Part shown: in pieces, positions 8,973 through 16,937 of the stretch
Position numbering within the stretch: the first letter of the stretch is position 1
Layout: the number at the start of each line of letters is the position of its first letter
DNA from: a virus
Taxonomy: Duplodnaviria > Caudoviricetes
Length of the DNA: 38,588 nt
Virus record (IMG/VR): IMGVR_UViG_3300043765_000079
Span: 1-38,588 of that record
Reading direction: 5' to 3' (one strand)
Notes under the pieces: model-generated
Told to the model about the DNA's origin: nothing
Seen by the model: the letters and a program-made list of their open reading frames with translations, nothing else
Database searches by the model: none
Made by a program: the position numbers and the translations under genes

Positions 8973-9166
8973 CGGTAGCGCTCCCAATATCGGCGATCAC
9001 GAGGAAGCTGGTAGCGAGGCATGTACCAGCGCGGGGGTGGAGGCGGCCTCAGACGCCACTCGTGCGTCAACGGCCGCGGCTGATCGGGGAACATCGGCAC
9101 GCGCGACGGCGGCCCCGGATAATAATACTGCGCTAGCACGACGCAGCAGATGGCAAGTGCATTCAC
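8969..9166 (-). CDS. Small Pro/Tyr/Arg-rich protein with hydrophobic N-terminus
   Basis: 4-nt start/stop overlaps with both neighbours. Confidence 0.55.
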   Translation of the reverse strand: MNALAICCVVLAQYYYPGPPSRVPMFPDQPRPLTHEWRLRPPPPPRWYMPRYQLPRDRRYWERYR

Positions 9167-9423
9167 TTCTTTGTCCTCTCGTGCTCCGGCGCCGGTCGCT
9201 CGTCGAAGTAATCGGGAGCCCTGCCGGTGGCATGCTCGACTGCCTTGGACATGATGCTTTTCATCAGGTCCATGAATTGAGTTCGGATCTCGTCGTTGCT
9301 CTCGACGATGTTCATTCTGATCGAACCAAGTGGGATAGCGTCGACTAGGTTATCGAGATTGGTGAAGTAGCAAACCCAGAATTTGCCCTCGTCTCTAAAG
9401 GCAAGTCGACCGACATTCTCCAT
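9163..9423 (-). CDS. Phage hypothetical protein
   Basis: GGAGG SD; GRLAFRDEG...LGSIRM...APEHER pattern. Confidence 0.75.
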   Translation of the reverse strand: MENVGRLAFRDEGKFWVCYFTNLDNLVDAIPLGSIRMNIVESNDEIRTQFMDLMKSIMSKAVEHATGRAPDYFDERPAPEHERTKK

Positions 9424-9431
9424 AGTCCCTC

Positions 9432-9475
9432 CAAACGCAAACGGCCGCGCCCTCGCGGGAACGGCCGTCTGCATC
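9432..9475 (-). other. Long intergenic stem-loop (processing site or weak terminator)
   Basis: gatgcagacggccg / cggccgtttgcgtt arms around ccc-gcga-ggg. Confidence 0.55.
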
Positions 9476-9905
9476 ATGCTTTGCGAACACCAACGGAAAT
9501 GAAGCGCGTGATCTCGCAACCCGGTGGGGGTGACTTGGTCTCGTGTTGCTCGATGTACTCGGACACCTCCGGCTTCGACAGGCCGATTTGCAGCATGTCG
9601 CTGCCGAACGTGGTCCAATTCTCAAGACAGAACTTCAACGCGAGACCCCGATCTGTGATCTTCAAGTCCATTTCCCGGATTCGGTAAGCAGTGCCGAACG
9701 CGGTCTTGGTGCTTGCCGGTTTCGTCAGGTCCGGGCTTCTGGTGTTGAGACGCTGGAGCAGAACATTCTTGATCAACTCCAGGGACGCATTCAGCGGAGC
9801 GATGACCTCTTTGTGCTTCGCATTTAGATCCTCGACCTTGCGCTTGATCTCCTGGTGCTTGGCGATCAATTGGTCATCCGAGTACTTGTCGCCGTATTCG
9901 GTCAT
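9474..9905 (-). CDS. Coiled-coil replication-module protein (Gam/gp157-like architecture)
   Basis: N-terminal coiled coil, KTAFGTAY, PPPG..I....VGVRK C-terminus; GGAG SD. Confidence 0.7.
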   Translation of the reverse strand: MTEYGDKYSDDQLIAKHQEIKRKVEDLNAKHKEVIAPLNASLELIKNVLLQRLNTRSPDLTKPASTKTAFGTAYRIREMDLKITDRGLALKFCLENWTTFGSDMLQIGLSKPEVSEYIEQHETKSPPPGCEITRFISVGVRKA

Positions 9906-9921
9906 GGTGAGTGACTCCAAA

Positions 9922-10208
9922 ACGGTGTGGGGCCAAATTGTCGTGGTTATCCGCTCTCAGTCGCCACAGCCCAATTCAGGTATCCCACTTCATCGGCGTC
10001 ACCGGTATGGGACTTTCACCCACCGGGTTGCGGCCGTAGCTGCAAATCAGGAGGCCCGAACACAGTGGCGGCAATCGGATCATATCGTTCCGAGATAACC
10101 GAAAGCCTGGGGCTCGGGCCCCCTCATTTGCAGAAACCGGTAGCCGACCGAAAGACCACGCCTTACGTGTCTCCGAAGAGCACCGCGACCAACCAGCGGC
10201 TACCGGGT
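9922..10208 (-). ncRNA. Candidate ~290-nt structured non-coding RNA (unassigned)
   Basis: Gene-free gap folding into four consecutive stem-loops with UUCG, UGAAA and CUGAGA loops; many G-U pairs are valid only on the minus strand. Confidence 0.65.
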
Positions 10209-11831
10209 TTATAGTTCTCCTTTCCTCACCATCTCCAGCAGAGCGCCTTGCAGGAGTTGGTTGTTGGCCAAACGCCGGTAAATCTCGCGCTCCAGCCCGG
10301 TCGACACGATTTGCACATTGGTGACGGGAAACTTCTGACCCGGCCTGTGTGCACGCTTGTTCGCCTGTTGGAACACTTCGGCCTTGTCGATGGGCCCGTA
10401 CCACACGGTGGTTTGTGCCCGGTGCAACGTGAGACCGAAGTGGGTTGCGACGGGATCGGCGATGATGATGCGCGGCGAGTCTTCCAACTGGAACGCTGAA
10501 ACGATTCTCGTTCGTTCCTTGAGAGAAACTTCGCCGTTGATCACTTCGCGTGTCCAATCGGCGAGCGCACGATACAGCAAAGTGATAACACTTGTCAAGG
10601 GGGAAAAGATGATAAGTTTTGCGGGCGCGCTCTCGATGATGTCCTTGAGCTCGTTCAACCGCGGTGACGCGTCGATGTAGTGTGCTTTGTGATCGGCGTC
10701 GTACATCGCCCCCATGCAGATTTGCAGGAATTTCGCCCGCGCCGCCGCCTCATTAGCCGGCACCACCAAGGTGCCGTCCTTCATCTGCACGGCAAGCTGG
10801 GTCTTGAGCGCCCGCATGTGAAGTTTCTGTTCGGCGGTTAGCTCGACGTCTCGATTTTGGGTGGTGTACGGGGGGCCGTCCCAGACGTCTCGAATGTCGT
10901 ATCGGATGGCAGGGGTGAGGAGCTTTCGAGCTTGCTGAAACGCATCCTGGGTCGGGATTCGTTTGAATTTAGAAACCGGGATAGTTGTCCGCGCAACGAA
11001 GCTTCCCCAGGACTCTCCGTGCGCGTTGTTGACGAGCTTGGCTTGTCCATACGCCGAGAGATGACCTTGCGCTGTCGGCGTGCCGGTGAGTAGCCAGAGA
11101 TAAGGTTTGTTGAATATCTGACGACCGATACGGTGGCGTCTGGTGTTGGCGTGCTTGTAGGCGGAAGCCTCGTCGATGATGACAAGCTCGATGTCATTCC
11201 GCGCAGCAAGCTCTGCACAGAAACCTCCGAGGCGATTGCGTTGTGCGCCGACTTTTGTGCCGTCAAAATTGACGATATAGAAATCCACTCGTTGCGCAAG
11301 CAACTCGCATCGTCGCTTTTCCGAGCCGCTAAGCACAACGCAAGTACGCCGTCCCATGAGATGCAAGAAGATCGCGTCCGCCCACACAGAGTGCAGAGTT
11401 GAGAGTGGAGCAACGATGAGGGCTCTAAATCTTTGGGCTCGGTCATAGTAGCTTGGACTCTTGTTGTGCACGTTCATCAGCCAGTCCGCCGCCCACAACG
11501 TGGACAACGTCTTCATCGTCCCCATGTCCGAGAGATTGAAGCAGCGCGGATGCGATACGCAAAAGTTCGCTGTGATCTTCTGATGTCGAAGCGGGGTGAT
11601 TCCTGGCGCATGCGGCCAATCATAGTCCCCCATGATCGCCGGTATCGGCAATTCGAGATGCGCAAGTAGTTGAATAGAGTGGAGGTCGGCAGGGACCGCG
11701 ACGTGGAAGTCATCGATCCCCTTCGCTGTCGAAACGTTGCAGAGAATCCGGCCCGGATCGGGCGTCCGATAGATCGCCAGCCTGCGCGACGGATCGTAAT
11801 ATAATTTCGTCGTAGGTAAGACCTGATGCAT
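10209..11831 (-). CDS. SNF2-family helicase/ATPase
   Basis: DMGTMKT (Walker A variant), LIVAPLS, IIDEAS, LLTGTP, FGLTL, QANKRAHRPGQ; alternative start at 11852. Confidence 0.9.
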   Translation of the reverse strand: MHQVLPTTKLYYDPSRRLAIYRTPDPGRILCNVSTAKGIDDFHVAVPADLHSIQLLAHLELPIPAIMGDYDWPHAPGITPLRHQKITANFCVSHPRCFNLSDMGTMKTLSTLWAADWLMNVHNKSPSYYDRAQRFRALIVAPLSTLHSVWADAIFLHLMGRRTCVVLSGSEKRRCELLAQRVDFYIVNFDGTKVGAQRNRLGGFCAELAARNDIELVIIDEASAYKHANTRRHRIGRQIFNKPYLWLLTGTPTAQGHLSAYGQAKLVNNAHGESWGSFVARTTIPVSKFKRIPTQDAFQQARKLLTPAIRYDIRDVWDGPPYTTQNRDVELTAEQKLHMRALKTQLAVQMKDGTLVVPANEAAARAKFLQICMGAMYDADHKAHYIDASPRLNELKDIIESAPAKLIIFSPLTSVITLLYRALADWTREVINGEVSLKERTRIVSAFQLEDSPRIIIADPVATHFGLTLHRAQTTVWYGPIDKAEVFQQANKRAHRPGQKFPVTNVQIVSTGLEREIYRRLANNQLLQGALLEMVRKGEL

Positions 11832-12114
11832 TGGGGTCGAACACCGCGGCATCGCGTTGATTGTCGATAATGAAGGCTTTCCCGCCTGCCTTCACCACGA
11901 TCGAAAGAAAATAGAGTTGCGCTCGCCGCAGTTCTTCTGCGGGATTTTTCTTTACCTCGATCACGATGTACTGACCCTTGAAGCACAGGATCGTGTCAAC
12001 AACGCGTCGCCCGTAGCCCATCTGCACCGGATTGAACTGGACCACGTCATCGCCGAAGATACGCAGGCGTTTCGCCAGCGTTTCCTTGACGTCACCCTCT
12101 TCTGTCTTGGCCAT
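11710..12114 (-). CDS. VRR-NUC / PD-(D/E)XK nuclease
   Basis: MGYG...VVD...IEVKK...Q..F....KAGGKAFII; adjacent to SNF2. Confidence 0.8.
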   Translation of the reverse strand: MAKTEEGDVKETLAKRLRIFGDDVVQFNPVQMGYGRRVVDTILCFKGQYIVIEVKKNPAEELRRAQLYFLSIVVKAGGKAFIIDNQRDAAVFDPNASGLTYDEIILRSVAQAGDLSDARSGPDSLQRFDSEGDR

Positions 12115-12386
12115 TACAGCATCGCGCCAAGGATACGAAGAATTCTCTGACGACGCGCTCGCGACAAGTGCTTCAGTACGTCACTGATCTCTTCGAGGAG
12201 AACGAGATCGGACTTCTTGTGCAGTGCCGGCTCATTCCTTACCCGCGCAGGCTTGCGCGTCAAAGTCCTGCCGTTCTCGATCCCGCGCGTCTCGATCGCG
12301 GACGTGTCGATCGTCTCTTCGGTCGTCTGCACCGCTTGCACGCTCTTCGCACGCGCAGCACGCGCGCCACCCATGATATCGCCCAT
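12114..12386 (-). CDS. Hypothetical protein
   Basis: TGATG and TAATG overlaps with neighbours; helical C-terminus. Confidence 0.65.
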   Translation of the reverse strand: MGDIMGGARAARAKSVQAVQTTEETIDTSAIETRGIENGRTLTRKPARVRNEPALHKKSDLVLLEEISDVLKHLSRARRQRILRILGAML

Positions 12387-12535
12387 CAGATCTGCCTGTA
12401 GATCGCCGGATCGTTGCCGCCGCTCCCGCCGCCGCCCTCGCAAGCATGGCATTGCGCCTCGATGACGAGGACGACGAAAGCGCCGAGACAGAAGCCGAAC
12501 AGCAGCAGCGCCGATGCCGTGAGAAACCTGATCAC
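12386..12535 (-). CDS. 49-aa single-TM peptide (MIRFLTASALLLFGFCLGAFVVLVIEAQCHACEGGGGSGGNDPAIYRQI), not in the ORF track
   Basis: GTGA overlap upstream and TGATG overlap downstream; fills the gap exactly. Confidence 0.65.
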   Translation of the reverse strand: MIRFLTASALLLFGFCLGAFVVLVIEAQCHACEGGGGSGGNDPAIYRQI

Positions 12536-12747
12536 AGCGGCACATCCCCGAGACGCTTGGCACGCGCGGACTTCGCCCGGTTGGAGCTCACGGCCGGCGA
12601 TGCGGTCTTATTGCCGTAGCCCATCGACCCCTTGGACTTCACCTTGCGGTCGTGCTGGACCATTTGCTTGACGGATTTCGCGGCACCGACCTTGCGGCCG
12701 ACGGTGGCGCCCTTGCCCTGCGGTTTGGGTGCTTTTCCTTTCTTCAT
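12532..12747 (-). CDS. Small Lys-rich basic protein
   Basis: ATGA overlap; MKKGKAPK...RAKRLGDVPL. Confidence 0.7.
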   Translation of the reverse strand: MKKGKAPKPQGKGATVGRKVGAAKSVKQMVQHDRKVKSKGSMGYGNKTASPAVSSNRAKSARAKRLGDVPL

Positions 12748-13079
12748 GACGACGATCCTTGTGGTGGCGCGACTGGGTAGACGCTGGGGTCGAGACCTTG
12801 CGCGCCGACGGGTCCCGGCTTCTGCGTTTCGTCGCCTTGCGGCGCGGCGGTCTTCGGTGCCGGCGTCTGTGCAACCTGCTCGATGCGCTTCGGCGTCTCG
12901 ACGATCGGCCTGACGGGGTCGCCCTGGGTGCGGTGCATGCGCCGCAAGATCAGTTGCAACCACACCTCGAACTCCTGCATGCTCTCTGGACAGAGAGAGC
13001 TTGGCATCGAGAGAGTGACCTTGCCTTCGGGCAGGTTCATGAGCTCGATGGCGTTGGCGGTTGGCGCTGATTGATCCAT
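12744..13079 (-). CDS. Hypothetical protein
   Basis: GAGG SD; LPEGKVTL.MP..L..ES...F..WL.L pattern. Confidence 0.7.
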   Translation of the reverse strand: MDQSAPTANAIELMNLPEGKVTLSMPSSLCPESMQEFEVWLQLILRRMHRTQGDPVRPIVETPKRIEQVAQTPAPKTAAPQGDETQKPGPVGAQGLDPSVYPVAPPQGSSS

Positions 13080-13080
13080 T

Positions 13081-13311
13081 CTATTTTCCTCTCGTGACTT
13101 GTTGCATCAGCAACGCCATACCTTGGAACAAATCAAACTGCCAAGTGTCGGTGTTGGTTGGCAGGGCCACCTTCCAATTGACTCCGGTGGCCTTGTTCTT
13201 TGCTGCAAGGAATAGCGTCGACTCCAGGGGGTCACCGAGATTCATTTCGGTAAAAATGAGAATCTCGATGCTCTCGGGTATCTGCTTGATCGGTTCGGAA
13301 AACGGCGCCAC
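13081..13311 (-). CDS. Hypothetical protein
   Basis: Fills the gap exactly between neighbours. Confidence 0.6.
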   Translation of the reverse strand: MAPFSEPIKQIPESIEILIFTEMNLGDPLESTLFLAAKNKATGVNWKVALPTNTDTWQFDLFQGMALLMQQVTRGK

Positions 13312-13497
13312 CTAGCGTCTACCCTTTCCGCGCTTTCCCTTGCGCTTTGGCACGCGCTCGCCGGCCTTGCGGGCTTCGCTCATACCGATGGCGATCGCCT
13401 GCTTTCGGCTTTTTACCTTTGGGCCCTTCTTTGACCCCGAGTGCAGCTTGCCGTGCTTGAACTCGTGCATAACCTTTCCGACTTTTCCTTTTGCCAT
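13312..13497 (-). CDS. DUF6496-like small basic protein
   Basis: KVMHEFKHGKLHSGS..GPKVKSRKQAIAIGMSEARKAG signature; GGAGGT SD. Confidence 0.85.
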   Translation of the reverse strand: MAKGKVGKVMHEFKHGKLHSGSKKGPKVKSRKQAIAIGMSEARKAGERVPKRKGKRGKGRR

Positions 13498-13595
13498 GGG
13501 CGCTACCTCCAACCTTCGGTCGTGAAAGCATATCGTTCCAGGCCGAGTCCGACACTCGCATGTGGGCAAGGCTATGTTGAAATTGAGCGCCATTC

Positions 13596-14918
13596 CTAGC
13601 CCCCTTCAAAGCGTCGCCGATGCCGCGAAGCGAGCTTATGACGCGTGCCAGCGACAATGCGGCGTTTCCCAACATCGAGGTAAGTTGCCGCAACTCTAAA
13701 CATGCGCTCTCGATCTCTTGGCCCACGACTGGTGATGGTAGCCTGTAGCCGAGCCGGCGAGACCGCGAGTCGCGTACCTTGGCAATGGTTCCACTCGACC
13801 GAGTTGTTCGGGCCATAGATGCAATACACCTTGTGTTTGAGTGCGATCGAATGAAATCGGCGGGCGGTCGTCGACCCCGGCCCGCCGATCTCTTTCATGT
13901 CGACGGCCAAGCCCACCGAGTGGAGGGAATGGAACTTGTTGCGAAATCCGCCGACACCGAAGCCCGGTGGTCGATAAGCCGAATAGACGCCGCAACGCGG
14001 CATGCCGTTCGCCCGCGCTTCACGGATGGTCTCGGCAAGACGCACCGCGAATGCGGGCTGTAGGAGACCTACAGCGATCGTTGCGCCTTGCCGCACCATC
14101 GTCGCGCCTGGGTGTGCTGTGCGCACGAGGTAGGCCCGCGCGAGGTCTAGCGGCGTGTCTATAGGAGGGTGAACGGCGTCGCCGATCGGACGTTCTGTCA
14201 AACCGTCAGCGATGCCGTATTGGGCTAACGCGATACCCCTAGCCCAATCTTCGATTGGTTGGGCGGTGGTCCGCTCGGGGGAGGAGCCGAGACCGACCGC
14301 CCGCACGCGCACAGAGCGGGCGCGTGGTAGGGGAGTGGCTTGAACGGAGGCTTCTGGGACCGTGCCTAATGGCATCCTCCACCACTTCACCCAACTTGTG
14401 TCACGGTTAACCTGCCTGACAAGGTGTCCATAATCATTGCCGCTAACAAAAGTGCAGCTACGTCGAGAACACCCCACCACAAAAGCCACATGATGGTCTC
14501 CAGCAGCGATCGACCCGGCCGTAAGGCGGGGTGCTGCAACTCCCCAATTAGCGAAGCTGTCCGCGCGGTCGCTTCCAGAACCGCGAACACCGACATGATC
14601 AAGAACAGTATTGGTAAAACGAGCGCACCACTCATGCGACATACTCGTGGGATTGGTGCCGACGTAGCGACGCGCCTCCTCTATCCAGGGGAAGCGCGTC
14701 GCTTGCGGCTTGGTCGTTTCGAGACCGTGGGTCCTACGCTCGCTTTTCGCTAATCTTTTGGTTGAAAGGTGTTTAGTTTTGGGCGCTTGCTGTGCGCTCG
14801 CGGGGTTGTTCGCGGCCATCGCCGCCTCGCCGCAAGAGAGCGCATCGGAGCACGCGTCGATGTGGGTTGTCGTCGCCAGCAAGATCGCGGCACATGCTGC
14901 CAAGGCTCGCATGCTCAC
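13596..14918 (-). CDS. Secreted peptidoglycan hydrolase: signal peptide + TIGR02594 (NlpC/P60-like) domain + M15 Zn-peptidase domain
   Basis: Hydrophobic N-terminus; EARRYVGTNPT..WCARF...HVAFV...SGN; SAYR...SLHSVGLAVD...EWNH. Confidence 0.8.
   Translation of the reverse strand: MSMRALAACAAILLATTTHIDACSDALSCGEAAMAANNPASAQQAPKTKHLSTKRLAKSERRTHGLETTKPQATRFPWIEEARRYVGTNPTSMSHEWCARFTNTVLDHVGVRGSGSDRADSFANWGVAAPRLTAGSIAAGDHHVAFVVGCSRRSCTFVSGNDYGHLVRQVNRDTSWVKWWRMPLGTVPEASVQATPLPRARSVRVRAVGLGSSPERTTAQPIEDWARGIALAQYGIADGLTERPIGDAVHPPIDTPLDLARAYLVRTAHPGATMVRQGATIAVGLLQPAFAVRLAETIREARANGMPRCGVYSAYRPPGFGVGGFRNKFHSLHSVGLAVDMKEIGGPGSTTARRFHSIALKHKVYCIYGPNNSVEWNHCQGTRLAVSPARLQATITSRGPRDRERMFRVAATYLDVGKRRIVAGTRHKLASRHRRRFEGG
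14387..14635 (-). CDS. Putative overprinted two-TM protein nested in the hydrolase gene
   Basis: +1 frame; LVLPILFLIMSVFAVL and IMWLLWWGVLDVAALLLAAMIM; host frame T-rich at third positions. Confidence 0.45.
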   Translation of the reverse strand: MSGALVLPILFLIMSVFAVLEATARTASLIGELQHPALRPGRSLLETIMWLLWWGVLDVAALLLAAMIMDTLSGRLTVTQVG

Positions 14919-15313
14919 CCTCCTCTGATCGTTCGACCCGCATCAACGATATCACCAACGTCGCCCCAACGCGAGAGGACGCGATGCCGGTCGTTGGCGT
15001 CGACCCACCAGCCCTCGCCGTACACCGTATGAATCTCGATCTTATGGAAGCCGAGCTTGCGCCGGAGGTTGACGACATGCGCATGCAAGGCGCCATCCTG
15101 CACCGGCTCTTCCCGGTCGTTGTAGAGGGTGTCATAGGCCAACTGATGCGACACGAAATCGTGCTTCATCAGCAGCGCAAAGAAGATCGACTCGGTCGCG
15201 GTGAGACCAAGGCGGAGGCCGATGTGTGGGCTTCCGGCCTGCTGCATTCGCTCGATCTGTGCCTTGAGACGGCGGTTCTCCCGCCGTAGGCTTTCCAACT
15301 CTTGCATCGACAT
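14915..15313 (-). CDS. OmpR/PhoB (CtrA-like) winged-helix protein without a receiver domain
   Basis: LTATE...LL...LY...LHAHVVNLRRKL....IHTVYGEGW; N-terminal coiled coil. Confidence 0.85.
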   Translation of the reverse strand: MSMQELESLRRENRRLKAQIERMQQAGSPHIGLRLGLTATESIFFALLMKHDFVSHQLAYDTLYNDREEPVQDGALHAHVVNLRRKLGFHKIEIHTVYGEGWWVDANDRHRVLSRWGDVGDIVDAGRTIRGG

Positions 15314-15324
15314 TATGTGTAAAT

Positions 15325-15352
15325 CCATAGCAAAAAAAACGGGCGCGTCAAG
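15325..15352 (-). promoter_or_regulatory. Possible RpoD promoter overlapping the terminator
   Basis: CTTGAC-N16-CTATGG upstream of the SD-less wHTH gene. Confidence 0.45.
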
Positions 15353-15364
15353 CGCCCGCTTTTC
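15332..15364 (-). terminator. Intrinsic terminator (possibly bidirectional)
   Basis: cgggcgc-ttgac-gcgcccg followed by T8. Confidence 0.8.
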
Positions 15365-15584
15365 TCTCCCGCCACGCACGAAAATTCCGTGCTGTTATCG
15401 AGTCGTCACTTGGTAGCCGGTCTAACGGCATTCCCTGCACGCCCTCGAAGTCGGGCTCGCCGTCCTTGCTGCAAACGTAAAAGACAAACTCGCCCGGACG
15501 ATCTTCTTGGAAGCATCGCACGCGACTTCCGTTGCGGTAGTAGACGCGACAATTACCGTTGTCGGTGTGAGAGAACTTCAACAT
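15348..15584 (-). CDS. Hypothetical protein
   Basis: AGGAGGTG SD before MLKFSHTDNGNCRVYY...SKDGEP. Confidence 0.75.
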   Translation of the reverse strand: MLKFSHTDNGNCRVYYRNGSRVRCFQEDRPGEFVFYVCSKDGEPDFEGVQGMPLDRLPSDDSITARNFRAWRERKAGA

Positions 15585-15642
15585 GGTCACCTCCTGCAAT
15601 AACCAAACGGTGGGCCCGACTCTCGCCGGGCCCACCAACACT

Positions 15643-16329
15643 TCATTTGAGGCGTTGTCTGAACTGCGCGAGCTTGACGACGTTCGACCGTCGCTTGCGC
15701 CGTCTGCGTCTCTTGACCGGCATTGTCGGCCTCGCCTGTATCGACAACCACGTGAGTGCCATGAAGCACCCAGCGGGCCCGACGTCGCCTGCGATCGCCA
15801 GAGCAATCGGTAGCTTGCTTGCCACCGCCTGCGACAGCGCCGCCGCCTGATAGTCGGCAACTGCCGGCCGGTCGACCGACAGCACGCCATCAAGCTTGGC
15901 GATCTCGTCCAGCGCGCGTTGTGCGCGGCGATTGTTGTTCGCCGCTTGCGCCTGCTTCACCTCGACCAACAAGAGATCACGCCGGACGGAAGCCCGGTCG
16001 TGCACGTCGATCGCACCTTGCCGTACGGCGACCGTGTCGCCACGGAAGCTGGCGGTGAAGGTGATCGACATGACCAGCGCAAGGGCGGTGAAGAACGCCC
16101 AGTGGCAGGCCATGACGAAGGCAAAGCCAAGCGAGCGCAGTTTGAGTGCGCGCATGGCGAGCGAGCCCGAGAGGGTCGCCCAGACGAAGAATGCAGAAAA
16201 TACGGCGCCAACGAGATAACCGAGTGGCGCGGGCGTCATCCGCATGCCGTTCAAGAAAGCGCTCGCAACCGAGTAGGATGCGAGTACCAGTCCACACAAA
16301 ACCAATATGATGATCGTAGCGATTTTCAC
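15643..16329 (-). CDS. Multi-pass membrane protein with coiled coil
   Basis: Three N-terminal TM segments, coiled coil, C-terminal hydrophobic segment; GGAGG SD. Confidence 0.75.
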   Translation of the reverse strand: MKIATIIILVLCGLVLASYSVASAFLNGMRMTPAPLGYLVGAVFSAFFVWATLSGSLAMRALKLRSLGFAFVMACHWAFFTALALVMSITFTASFRGDTVAVRQGAIDVHDRASVRRDLLLVEVKQAQAANNNRRAQRALDEIAKLDGVLSVDRPAVADYQAAALSQAVASKLPIALAIAGDVGPAGCFMALTWLSIQARPTMPVKRRRRRKRRSNVVKLAQFRQRLK

Positions 16330-16334
16330 ATTGG

Positions 16335-16398
16335 GTCCTCCGGCTCACAATGAGCAAATGAGCGGGGCTGAAGCCCCGCCGCCGCGAAATCAAGCGGC
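16335..16398 (-). repeat. Intergenic cassette copy A (stop-hairpin-CATTT-hairpin-SD)
   Basis: Similar in sequence and structure to 16865-16937. Confidence 0.7.
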
Positions 16399-16860
16399 TT
16401 TAGTCAGAGCGCGCAGCAACAGCCGCACACCGTCGTCGTCGATCCGGACGCTGTAACCGTACTTGTCTGCGTGGAAATACTGGTTGCCGTTGTCGTACAG
16501 ATTGCGCGGCACCTCCACGCCACATAGTTCGAAGAACTTGCGCGCTAGCTCGCGTGAGCGCTCGCGCTTTTCCTCTTTCTCGGCTTCGATTTTGGCGTCC
16601 TCTTCGGCCTTGCGCTTGACAAGCTCTTGATGCTCGTCGAACGGTCCAAGCACCGACTCGGGCTTGATATTGAGGATGGTTGGGGACACGCCTTCTTGAT
16701 GATCCTCGATCACATAACCCTGTACGGTCGACGTGTAGTCATGAGGAGATCCAGTGTCGTCCTTGCGAACTTGCGTAATGGACGTCACCTTGAACCGGCG
16801 TAACCCGTCCTTGCCTTTGATGGCATAGATCGACTTGACCTTGATTTTAGATGCTTGCAT
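16390..16860 (-). CDS. Hypothetical early protein
   Basis: CAACGGAGGAC SD; high GC3. Confidence 0.8.
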   Translation of the reverse strand: MQASKIKVKSIYAIKGKDGLRRFKVTSITQVRKDDTGSPHDYTSTVQGYVIEDHQEGVSPTILNIKPESVLGPFDEHQELVKRKAEEDAKIEAEKEEKRERSRELARKFFELCGVEVPRNLYDNGNQYFHADKYGYSVRIDDDGVRLLLRALTKAA

Positions 16861-16864
16861 GGCA

Positions 16865-16937
16865 GTCCTCCGTTGGTCCTAAATGGACAAATGACGGAGA
16901 GGGCCGAAGCCCTCCCCGCGCGGCGAAATCAAGCCGC
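16865..16937 (-). repeat. Intergenic cassette copy B
   Basis: GCTTGATTTCGC, 11-bp UUCG hairpin, CATTT, 4-bp hairpin, SD. Confidence 0.7.

Noticed and set aside
9990-10035. Resemblance of ggtgggtgaaagtcccataccgg to an FMN or cobalamin riboswitch or group II intron 5' end
   Set aside because: Only the T-loop hairpin matches; other conserved blocks, domain V and a maturase are absent
9976-10557. 193-aa minus-strand ORF across the RNA candidate
   Set aside because: Alternative frame of the SNF2 3' end with shadow-like composition; pairing explains the gap better
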